A DNA stretch of 64,000 bases, taken from a bacterium (GTDB taxonomy: Bacteria; UBA8248). Below, piece after piece: positions 7,755 through 16,642 of this stretch (position 1 is the stretch's first letter; each line of letters begins with the position of its first letter). A program made the translations under genes and the position numbers. Location: NCBI GenBank assembly GCA_965200245.1, contig CBDATS010000008.1, positions 320,001 through 384,000 of the forward strand. The letters are read 5' to 3'. The notes under the pieces are model-generated. The model was not told the origin of the DNA. It did not search any database and worked only from the letters and a program-made list of their open reading frames with translations.

Positions 7755-9479
7755 ATGAACAACGAGGACTCAGACCAGCACGTAAACACCGATGTGCGTT
7801 ACGAGGCTGATGAGAAGCCGCCGCCCCTGCTCGCGTTTGGCCTTGGGTTGCAACTCGCTGTACTCTGCGTGGGCGGCGTTGTGTTCACGCCCGCTATCGT
7901 GGTATAGGCAGCGGGCGGAACCGAGGACTATCTATCCTGGGCCGTCTTCGCCGCGGGTTACGTGCTCATCATGGGTACATCGGGCGCTTTCATCGCAGTC
8001 TGCATTGCAGCGCTCGCCCAAGGAGGGCCGGGGACGCTCGCCACGCTGGTCCTTGTTTCTTCATTGTTTCAGTTTTTGTTCTCGGAACGTCTCTCGCTGT
8101 TTCGTCGGGTGCTGACGCCCACGGTCGCGGGAACCGTCATCATGCTCATCGCCGTGACGGTGATGCCGATCGTCTTCGGCATGCTGGATGATGTGCAGAA
8201 GGACGCCTCGCCGCTCGCTGCTCCGCTGAGCGCCCTGACGAGTGTGGTTGTCATCGTCGGCATCGCACTCAAAGCAACGGGGACGCTGCGCCTCTGGGCG
8301 CCCGTCCTCGGCGTGATAGCGGGTTCGCTTGTAGGCCTCTATTTTGGCATTTATGATACGGTCCGCGTTGCAGAAGCCGCTTGGATCGGTCTTCCCAAGG
8401 GTGCCTGGCCGGGCTTGGATTTGAGTTTCGGGCCGGTTTTCTGGGCACTTCTTCCCGGGTTTGTGTTCGTCACCTTGATCGGCGCCATCGAGACCATAGG
8501 CGACGGTGCAGCCATCCAGCGTGTGTCCTGGCGGCATCCCCGGGCGGTGGATTTCCGGGCGGTGCAGGGCGCGGTGGCCGCCGACGGATTGGGCAACCTG
8601 CTCTCGGGCCTTATGGCGACGGTGCAGAACACGACTTATTCGACGAGCGTGTCCGTCACCGAACTCACTGGCGTCGGAGCGCGCAGTGTCGGTATCTTCG
8701 CAGGTTTCGTGTTCCTTGTCCTGGCGTTTTTGCCGAAGCTGGTTGCCGTGATCCTGGCGATACCCGCTCCCGTCGCCGCGGCCTACATCACCGTTTTGCT
8801 GGCGATGCTCTTTGTGGTCGGCATGCGCATGGTCATTCAGGACGGTATCGACTACCGCAAGGGCTTGGTGGCGGGCGTGGGCTTCTGGGCGGGCGTGGGT
8901 TTTCAGAATGGTGTCATATATCCCGAGTATTTCTCCACCTTCGCAGGCGGCCTGTTGAACAACGGAATGACCGCAGGCGGCCTCGTCGCCATAATACTGA
9001 CGCTGTTCGTTGAACTCACCCAACCTCGGCGCAGACGCCTGGAGGTAGAGTTCGAACTGTCGGCCTTGCCCAGGATCAGGGAATTTATCGGCGAGTTCGT
9101 CTCTTCAGGCAGCTGGGACGCCGCGATGGCACACCGCCTGGATGCAGCGGGTGAGGAGACGCTGCTGACGCTTCTACGCCAGAAGGAAGCCAGCGGAAGC
9201 AGTGAACGGCGGCGTCTGCTCCTGGTGGCGCACAAACAAGACAGCGGCGCGGTACTGGAGTTCGTCGCCGCAGGTGGGGAGGAGAATCTTCAGGACAAAA
9301 TCGCTCTGCTAAGTGAACAGACTGCTGGCGTGCCGCTAGAGCGGGAAGTCTCGCTCAGGCTGCTTCGCCATATCGCCTCCTCTATTCACCATAAGCAATA
9401 CCACGACACGGACATCGTGACCGTTCGCGTGGAACCCCAGGCGCGGGGTGCTTCAAGGGGAGTTGAGAAGCACGGTTGA
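7755..9479 (+). pseudogene. NCS2/NAT family (xanthine/uracil-type) permease fused to a C-terminal degenerate HATPase/RsbW-like domain; in-frame TAG at 7905-7907
   Basis: ATG 7755 (RBS GGAAAGGAAG) gives MNNEDSDQHVNTDVRYEADEKPPPLLAFGLGLQLA, in frame with ORF 7962-9479 (MGTSGAF, TPTVAGTVIMLI, ETIGD, ADGLGNLLSG); TAG at codon 51; soluble tail about 9027-9434. Confidence 0.8.
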
Positions 9480-9543
9480 GTGCACCCTCAAAGAACGGGA
9501 CATATAGCTTGCGAGAGTAGAACGCCCGTGGCTTCAGGAAGCC

Positions 9544-10023
9544 TCATCTCCTCCCTCTCGGGTGGTGGTCAATGCCGCGAAAGGCTTCGATGAAGGCTGT
9601 GATGCGCTCTTCGTCAAAAGCCTCCAGAATGTCTATCTTACCCTAGGCGGTGAGGGCAATCCTGTGCTTCATGGAGGGGCAGGGAGCGAGGACGACGAAC
9701 TTCGGGTATCGGCGCACGATGGTTCTGAGTTTTTCCACGAGATCCGGGCAATCGGAGCAACCGTATTGTACGAGCACGCCGCCGTCTTCGAGATTATGTA
9801 CCTGAAAGCCCTTGTCGATAGGCTGCCAGTGCACGCCCCAGGAGACGATGGTCGGATAGTGTGGCCCCGAAGTAGGGGGATCCGTGTTGTAAGCGACGGC
9901 GCCGCTCGTGCCCACGCGGATGTGGCGATTGCCGAGCGAGGGTATGTCGCGCGCCTTGTTCGCGGATGCGCCCGAATGATAATAGGCGCCGAGGATGATT
10001 GCGGCGATGACGGTCGCCCACAC
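9544..10023 (-). pseudogene. DUF3105-family protein with premature TAG
   Basis: YNTDPPTSGPHY and VHNLEDGGVLVQY motifs; TAG at 9643-9645 in IALTA*G, and the frame continues GKIDILEAFDEERITAFIEAFRGIDHH to TGA 9544. Confidence 0.8.
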
Positions 10024-10394
10024 GAGCAGGACGGTGTGGATTTTTCCGGATCCACTGGCCTTTGCAGTACGCGATTGATCACGATCGGCAGATCGGGAAT
10101 GTTTTACTCTTATTTGATTTTCGGGACAAAGCGGGACCTTTCTCTTTGAAGCGGCTGTCGGCGGCTTCTGCGCCCCCGAGGGGCCGACACGCCAAGGTAC
10201 GCAAAGGTTGATGCTTGAACAAGCAGTCGGCGGAAGAAAATCTGCGATTCTCTTTCATGCAACGGGGAACCGGCCATGCTCTCGGCTTGCGGAAAGGACG
10301 GAATAGAGTTGCACAAGAGGCAAGTCTTTTGTACTTTGTTCATTGAGAGGGATTGATAAGTTGCCTGAGCCGTTGATCAGGCACAGTACGGGAA

Positions 10395-10856
10395 ATGAGG
10401 AGATATTCACGTAATTTGGCTACTTACAAGATACTCATGGTGGACGACGAACCCGATCTCGAAGGTCTCGTGAGTCAGCGCATGCGGCGTGAGATACGAC
10501 GGGGCCTCTATTCGTTCGTATTCGCGCGCAACGGGGCCGAGGCACTCGAGCTGCTGAACGGGGACGATGAAATCGACATCGTCATCACCGACATCAACAT
10601 GCCGGAGATGGATGGCCTCACGCTGCTTGAGCAAATTCCCGCATACGACCCCAAGGTCCGCTGCGTAATCGTTTCCGCCTACGGGGACATGAAGAACATC
10701 CGCACGGCGATGAACCGGGGTGCGTTCGATTTTCTCAACAAACCGATTGATTTCGAGGACCTGCGTCAAACCATCGGCAAGACCGTCGAGCACATCATAA
10801 AAGTCCGGGAGATGTTTGAGGTACGTGGCAGGATGCTGACGGAGGGCGGATCATAG
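10395..10856 (+). CDS. Single-domain response regulator (REC)
   Basis: ILMVDDE, ITDINMPEMDG, VSAYG, FDFLNKP. Confidence 0.9.
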   Translation: MRRYSRNLATYKILMVDDEPDLEGLVSQRMRREIRRGLYSFVFARNGAEALELLNGDDEIDIVITDINMPEMDGLTLLEQIPAYDPKVRCVIVSAYGDMKNIRTAMNRGAFDFLNKPIDFEDLRQTIGKTVEHIIKVREMFEVRGRMLTEGGS

Positions 10857-12070
10857 TGGAAGAGTCGCACAAGATACTAGTTGTGGATGACGAACCCGAT
10901 CTCGAAGACCTCGTGAAACAGCGCATGCGACGCGAGATACGGCGGGGCCGCTATTCGTTCATATTCGCGCGCAACGGGGCCGAGGCACTTGAGTGCTTGA
11001 GCGATGACAAAGACGGCCATTCCATCGACATGGTGCTCACCGATATCAATATGCCGGTAATGGACGGTCTCACGCTGCTCAAGCAAATTCCATTGGTCGA
11101 CCCCAACATACGTTCGGTGGTCGTCTCCGCCTACGGAGATATGGAAAATATCCGCACAGCGATGAACCGGGGTGCGTTCGACTTCGTCACCAAGCCGATC
11201 GATTTCGAGGATTTGCGGATCACCATCGAGCGGACCCTAGAACATCTCGCCATGCTTCGCGAAGCCCTTGAGGCGCGCGACAAGCTGGTCGCGATCAAGA
11301 GTGACCTTGCTCTGGCCAACAAGATGCAGCAGTCGATTCTAACGACCAAATTTCCAGAGGACTCCAACTTCGAAATATTCGCAGGTATGGTGCCGGCCAG
11401 AGACGTGGGGGGCGATTTCTACGACATAATCGATCTTGGCGATGGCCGCATCAGCGTCACTGTCGCTGACGTTTCGGGCAAGGGAGTGCCCGCCGCGCTT
11501 TTCATGATGTCGAGCTACATGCTGCTCAACAGCGTCACCGTTACGCGCGTGGATTCGGGCAAGGAACTCGGCGAGGTGAATCGTTTTTTACAACCCGGCG
11601 ACGTGCTCCGTGAGGTGAACCGGCGGCTTGAGGAAAACAACGACGCCGGGATGTTTGTCACGGTTTTCCTCTTGTTTTTTGATTCCGCGACAGGAGAAAT
11701 AGTATATGCCAATGGTGGCCACAACCCCCCGGTCATTATTCACGCCGATGGTTCCTCAAGCCTTCTTGCCGAGCAGCCGGGAGTGGCCTTGGGGATTGTG
11801 GCCGAGTTCAACTACGACATGTACAACGCAACTCTCGCGCCCGGCGAGGCTCTCATTCTCTATACCGACGGAGTAACGGAGGCGGAGAACGAGAAGACCG
11901 AGCAGTTTGGCCTTGATCGCCTTCAAGGGATTCTCGGAGGCGCATCACCGATCTCCGCCAGAGAGATCAACACCAAGGTTTTCGAGGCGGTCAACGAATT
12001 TGCTGGCAGTGCGCCCCAATTCGATGATGTCACCTGTCTGACCATTTTCCGCCGTGGTGAGAGCGAATGA
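10856..12070 (+). CDS. REC-PP2C (SpoIIE/RsbU-like) phosphatase
   Basis: N-terminal REC; PARDVGGDFYD, ADVSGKGVPAALFM, YANGGHNPP, YTDGVTEA, QFDDVT. Confidence 0.93.
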   Translation: MEESHKILVVDDEPDLEDLVKQRMRREIRRGRYSFIFARNGAEALECLSDDKDGHSIDMVLTDINMPVMDGLTLLKQIPLVDPNIRSVVVSAYGDMENIRTAMNRGAFDFVTKPIDFEDLRITIERTLEHLAMLREALEARDKLVAIKSDLALANKMQQSILTTKFPEDSNFEIFAGMVPARDVGGDFYDIIDLGDGRISVTVADVSGKGVPAALFMMSSYMLLNSVTVTRVDSGKELGEVNRFLQPGDVLREVNRRLEENNDAGMFVTVFLLFFDSATGEIVYANGGHNPPVIIHADGSSSLLAEQPGVALGIVAEFNYDMYNATLAPGEALILYTDGVTEAENEKTEQFGLDRLQGILGGASPISAREINTKVFEAVNEFAGSAPQFDDVTCLTIFRRGESE

Positions 12071-12486
12071 GCGCGAAACTTTCATTGACCATGGGGTTCG
12101 AACCCTCGGAACTCCCACAAGTTCAGTCCGCCATCAGTGAGTTCAGCCGAGAGCAGGAGTGGACGTCCGACATCGAATTCCAGGTTGACCTCGTGATCGA
12201 AGAATTGCTCCTGAACGTCGTGAACCACGGCAGCGACGGGGGAGACAATGAGATCAGCCTCGAACTCATCTCGGATGACGATGTGGTGATCATAGAGATC
12301 ATCGACGACGGCAAACCCTTCAACCCACTGACCGACGCGCCCGAACCGGACACAGAATCGGACATCGAAGATCGCGCCGTGGGTGGGCTTGGCATCCATC
12401 TGGTGCTGACGATGATGGACGAGGTGACCTGTCGGCGGGAGAAGGACAGGAACCATATGCGCCTCGTCAAGTTGAGGAACAAATGA
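12067..12486 (+). CDS. Anti-sigma factor / Ser kinase (RsbW-like, HATPase_c_2)
   Basis: EELLLNVVNHG, DDGKPFNP, GGLGIHLV motifs. Confidence 0.9.
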   Translation: MSAKLSLTMGFEPSELPQVQSAISEFSREQEWTSDIEFQVDLVIEELLLNVVNHGSDGGDNEISLELISDDDVVIIEIIDDGKPFNPLTDAPEPDTESDIEDRAVGGLGIHLVLTMMDEVTCRREKDRNHMRLVKLRNK

Positions 12487-13661
12487 AGAAGCTGCTCCGC
12501 ACTCGCCGGGCAGTTTTCCTCCTCGCCGCGGCACTTATTTGCTCGGCGTCCGGGGCAGTGGCGGCAGTACCCGGCGTATCCCCCGAGAAAGTTCTGTTCG
12601 GCCAGTCAGCCGCCTTGTCCGGGCCTGCGAAGGCTCTGGGCGAGGACATGAGGCGCGGAATCGAAACCGCCTTCCGCGTTGCGAACTTGCGCGGCGGCGT
12701 TCACGGGCGCCGGCTCGAACTCATTTCCCTCGACGATGCGTATGAACCCGAAGCCGCCGTCCTGAACACCCGGCGACTGATTGAGCAGAGCAAGGTATTC
12801 GCCCTTATCGGGGCGGTCGGCACGCCCACCTCTCGCTCGGCCACCCCGGTCGCCGCAAAGGCGGGCGTTCCCTGCATCGCTCCCCTCACAGGCGCCGCTT
12901 TCCTGCGTGACCCGAAATGGAAGAACATCATCAACCTGCGTGCCTCCTACTTCCAGGAGACCGAGGAGATAGTGAGCCGGCTGATCGGGGATTTGGGCTT
13001 CAAGAAGGTCGCCGTGTTTTATCAGGACGACTCTTTCGGGCTGGCAGGCTACGAAGGCGTACGCTTGGCTCTTGAGCGGCGCAAACTGAAGCCTGTGGTC
13101 ACTGGCGTGTATCCAAGAAATACGACAGCGGTCAAAACGGCCTTGCTCGATATTCGGCGCGCGAACCCCGACGCAGTAATTCTTGTGGGAGCATACAAGC
13201 CGGTCGCTACTTTCATTGCCTGGGCGCGGCGTACAGGTTTCACCCCGATTTTCGCGACGATCTCTTTCGTGGGCGGCAACGCGCTCGTGCGTGAACTTGG
13301 TCCCGCCGGCGTCGGCATCTATGTCACCCAGGTGGTTCCGCCCCCTTCATCGAAAGATATCCAGATAGCGTCGAACTATCGGCGGGATCTGGAGGCCCAC
13401 TCACCCGGCGCTGTTCCGAGTTTCGTGTCCTTCGAGGGCTATATGGCCGGTAGACTCGCCATCCGCGCCCTGGAATTGTGCGGGCGCAACCCCGACCGCC
13501 CCTGCCTGCTCGATGGGTTGCGCCGCGCGGCCACCATCGATCTCGGCGGATTCAAGTTGCGTTACGGCAAGGACGACAACCAGGGTTCGGACGCCGTTTT
13601 CCTCACCATCGTAGGGGAGAGCGGCCGCTACGTTCCGACCGATAAAATGTGGCGGCCCTAA
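12483..13661 (+). CDS. Orphan periplasmic ligand-binding protein (LivK/type I PBP fold)
   Basis: Signal peptide, GQSAALSGP, LDDAYEP, VGTPTS, NLRASY; no adjacent permease or ATPase. Confidence 0.88.
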   Translation: MKKLLRTRRAVFLLAAALICSASGAVAAVPGVSPEKVLFGQSAALSGPAKALGEDMRRGIETAFRVANLRGGVHGRRLELISLDDAYEPEAAVLNTRRLIEQSKVFALIGAVGTPTSRSATPVAAKAGVPCIAPLTGAAFLRDPKWKNIINLRASYFQETEEIVSRLIGDLGFKKVAVFYQDDSFGLAGYEGVRLALERRKLKPVVTGVYPRNTTAVKTALLDIRRANPDAVILVGAYKPVATFIAWARRTGFTPIFATISFVGGNALVRELGPAGVGIYVTQVVPPPSSKDIQIASNYRRDLEAHSPGAVPSFVSFEGYMAGRLAIRALELCGRNPDRPCLLDGLRRAATIDLGGFKLRYGKDDNQGSDAVFLTIVGESGRYVPTDKMWRP

Positions 13662-13672
13662 AGATAAAGACA

Positions 13673-15862
13673 ATGAAGAGCGTACTCAGGAATATTCTGG
13701 ACAAGTGCTACAAGATATCGACGCAGCTCTACCTCAGCATCGGCATTGCTGCCTCCCTTACCGTCGTCGCGAGCGTGGTCGCGTGGATTTCGTTCGCTTA
13801 CGTGGGCAAGGTGCAAAATCGTGTGAATAAGGGCACCGTTCCTTTCCTGGCGAGCGCATTTGAAACGGCCCAGGCAAGCATCGCCCTGGTGGCCGCAGCT
13901 CCTCGTTTGGCCTCGGTCGTGAACCCGGATAATCTAGAGCAAGTCGCCACCGAGGTCGCCAAGGATCAGGAAGCCTTCGAGACGGTGCTGGTGTCACTCA
14001 TACGTCATGGAGATAACGAGGGTATCTCCATGGAAATCAAGAAACTGGGCGACACGCTGACCCAGAACCTCGGAGCTATCAAGCAATTGGTGCTGGAGCG
14101 CTTCAATTTGACCGACCTGCGCGATACGCTCCAACTCCAACTCGCATGGGTGCGCAAGGAACTGACCAATGTCCTCATTCCCGCTATCGACGATCAACTT
14201 TTCTACGTGATGTCGGGCTACCATACAATCAGTGAAGCACCAGACCCCCATGAAAAGCATTTCGCCGAAGAGGGAATCAACCTCTACCGCTACATCGCTG
14301 GTCTGCGCTCGGACGCCACCGTTGCAGCGCAGCTTCTCTCCACTGTTTTCAGCGTGTCGGACGTCGCCCTGATCGAACCGCTGAGCGAGCGCTTCGAAGC
14401 TACTGCGCGCAGCATCAGGCGGCAACTGGACGCTCTCGGGGCGATGCCGGTGCGTGCCACTCTCAAACCTCTTTTCGAGCAGATGATCGAGTTAAGCATC
14501 GGGGAGGAGGGGGGGATCAGCCTGCGCGCGCGCGAGTTGGCACTCGAGAGCAAACAAAAAGAGTTGCTTGCGTTCCACGAATCTTTGGAGTTACAAATCC
14601 TGGCCACCACGAAAAAGCTGGTGAACACGGCCCGCAATAGCGCGCGGCAAGTCACCCAAGATTCCGCTCAGGCGATCAGCATGGGCACCAATATCCTGTT
14701 CGCGCTGGGTGCCATCAGTTTTATCGGCGCCGTGCTGATAGGCTGGCTGTTCATCGGCCGTGTACTCTCGCGTCGGCTCGGGCAACTCTCGGACCGCATG
14801 CGTCGCATGGCCGACGGCGACCTGGAGGAGACGGTCGACATTGGCGGAAAGGACGAAGTGGCGGAGATGTCCGCGGCACTTGAGATCTTCCGTCGCCACG
14901 CCCTGGAGGTGCAGCGCCTGAACTTGGTGGAGAGACTTGCCGAGGAGATCAGGGCCAAGAACGAAGAACTCGAAGGCGCGCTCGGAGATCTGGAGAAAGC
15001 GCAGGATCAGATTGTCATGCGTGAGAAGCTTGCAGCGCTCGGTGAGTTGACGGCGGGCGTTGCCCACGAGATCAGGAATCCGCTGAACTTCATCAAGAAT
15101 TTTTCGGAAGTTTCCGAGGAACTGATGGAGGAATTGTTGGAAGAACTGGATAAGGTGGCACATCACGAGGGCAACGGGCAGGAGAACGGACAAAAAGCGG
15201 ACGAGGGGGAGAAAAAACAGGAGGAGGAAGACCCCTACGAGCTTATCACCGAAATCGGAGAGGACCTCACTGGCAACCTCAAGCGCATCCGCGAGCACGG
15301 AGAGCGGGCCAACAACATCGTGGAGAGCATGCTCCAGATGGGTAGGGGTTCGGGCGAAACGCAACCGGCCAACGTGAACAAACTGATCGACGAGCATACG
15401 CGTCTTGCCTATCACAGTGCCAAGGCGGCGGACCCGAATTTCAACCTCACGATCGACTGGGACCTCGACCCCGACATGGTGGAATTCGACGTTATTCCGC
15501 AGGATCTGGGCCGCGTCTTCCTCAATATGGTGAGCAATGCTTGCTATGCCACCGACGAGAAGCGTCGGGAGCTCGCCGCCTCGCCGGACGGGAACAAGCC
15601 TCCCTACGATCCTATTCTCATGATTGTCACCAAGTGCAGGCCGAACGACGTTGAGGTTCGCATTCGTGACAACGGAAGCGGAATGCCGCCCGAGGTCATC
15701 GAGAAGATTTTCACCCCCTTCTTCACGACCAAGCCGACGGACAAGGGCACCGGGCTCGGTCTATCGCTCTCCCACGACATCATTCGCCAGCACGGGGGTA
15801 GCGTACGGGTCGAAACCGAGCCCAACGAATTCACGGAGATGATAATCGAACTGCCCCGTTGA
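13673..15862 (+). CDS. Membrane sensor histidine kinase (long helical TorS-like periplasmic domain, HAMP, HisKA, HATPase)
   Basis: Two TM segments flanking a helical region of about 300 aa; HAMP (RMADGDL...DEVAEM), AHEIRNPLN, NMVSNA, DNGSG, FTTKP, GTGLGL. Confidence 0.9.
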   Translation: MKSVLRNILDKCYKISTQLYLSIGIAASLTVVASVVAWISFAYVGKVQNRVNKGTVPFLASAFETAQASIALVAAAPRLASVVNPDNLEQVATEVAKDQEAFETVLVSLIRHGDNEGISMEIKKLGDTLTQNLGAIKQLVLERFNLTDLRDTLQLQLAWVRKELTNVLIPAIDDQLFYVMSGYHTISEAPDPHEKHFAEEGINLYRYIAGLRSDATVAAQLLSTVFSVSDVALIEPLSERFEATARSIRRQLDALGAMPVRATLKPLFEQMIELSIGEEGGISLRARELALESKQKELLAFHESLELQILATTKKLVNTARNSARQVTQDSAQAISMGTNILFALGAISFIGAVLIGWLFIGRVLSRRLGQLSDRMRRMADGDLEETVDIGGKDEVAEMSAALEIFRRHALEVQRLNLVERLAEEIRAKNEELEGALGDLEKAQDQIVMREKLAALGELTAGVAHEIRNPLNFIKNFSEVSEELMEELLEELDKVAHHEGNGQENGQKADEGEKKQEEEDPYELITEIGEDLTGNLKRIREHGERANNIVESMLQMGRGSGETQPANVNKLIDEHTRLAYHSAKAADPNFNLTIDWDLDPDMVEFDVIPQDLGRVFLNMVSNACYATDEKRRELAASPDGNKPPYDPILMIVTKCRPNDVEVRIRDNGSGMPPEVIEKIFTPFFTTKPTDKGTGLGLSLSHDIIRQHGGSVRVETEPNEFTEMIIELPR

Positions 15863-15995
15863 TCCATTCGGGTTCACGAGTCAAAAAATATTCGAGAAGA
15901 CTCCAGAAAATAGAGAAGGCTGCGACGCGTCCATCATGCTGTTGCACTGGCTTGAAGGCAGGTAAGATGGTTTTCGATCCCTGTCCTTTGGGTCG

Positions 15996-16334
15996 TCAGG
16001 AAGCGGTAGCGGCCAGTGCCTCCTCTTTCGAGCCGTGGAGTTGAATGATGCGGTCGAAACCGGATATTTCGAAAACCTCGCGAGTCAAATCTCCGAGGGA
16101 GAACAAGGCGAACTTCGTGTTGTTTTGACTCAGTTGCTTCGCAACCAAGAGAACAGCGCGGAGGCCAGCACTGCTGATATACGAGACGCCCTCGAAATTG
16201 ACGATGACGGCACGATCCTCTTCAACGATGGCGTTTTTTACCGTGCTCTCGAATTCAGGAGCGGTCGCACCGTCAATGCGACCCTCGACTTGTACAACCA
16301 AGGTTCCGTTTTCCTGCTCAGTTTTGATTTCCAT
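15996..16334 (-). CDS. STAS-domain anti-sigma factor antagonist (RsbV/SpoIIAA-like)
   Basis: GRIDGATA, YISSAGLR phospho-Ser motif, FEISGF; start ATG 16334 with GGAGG RBS. Confidence 0.92.
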   Translation of the reverse strand: MEIKTEQENGTLVVQVEGRIDGATAPEFESTVKNAIVEEDRAVIVNFEGVSYISSAGLRAVLLVAKQLSQNNTKFALFSLGDLTREVFEISGFDRIIQLHGSKEEALAATAS

Positions 16335-16642
16335 ACTTGCCTTTGCCTCCCAGCAGCGTGAAATTTCCCAAGCCTTTACCCTATGCCCGGATGGCACAAT
16401 CAGTTAATGCCGAAAAATTGAGTATTGTCAACTATCAATTTCACATAAACACAAGGCTATTCTCTGTATGTTTCAAGAAAAGCTTCCAAAAGCATATAGA
16501 ATTTCTCATTGTTTGGCAACTCAAGATATCTTCGAAAATCAAATTTTCCGAGGGTGTATCCAGGGCAGGGGGGTGCGTCAGGGCAAGGCCATTACCGAAG
16601 GATCGCCCGCAGGAAACGCCGACACGATCGCTGATGGCCTCT

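Noticed and set aside
7905-7907. Selenocysteine recoding of interrupted genes, given selC in the window
   Set aside because: The interrupting codons are TAG, not TGA
15160-15235. Low-complexity insert (GNGQENGQ..EKKQEEED) in the kinase DHp region
   Set aside because: Short acidic loop expansion, in frame, with no sign of a mobile or functional repeat
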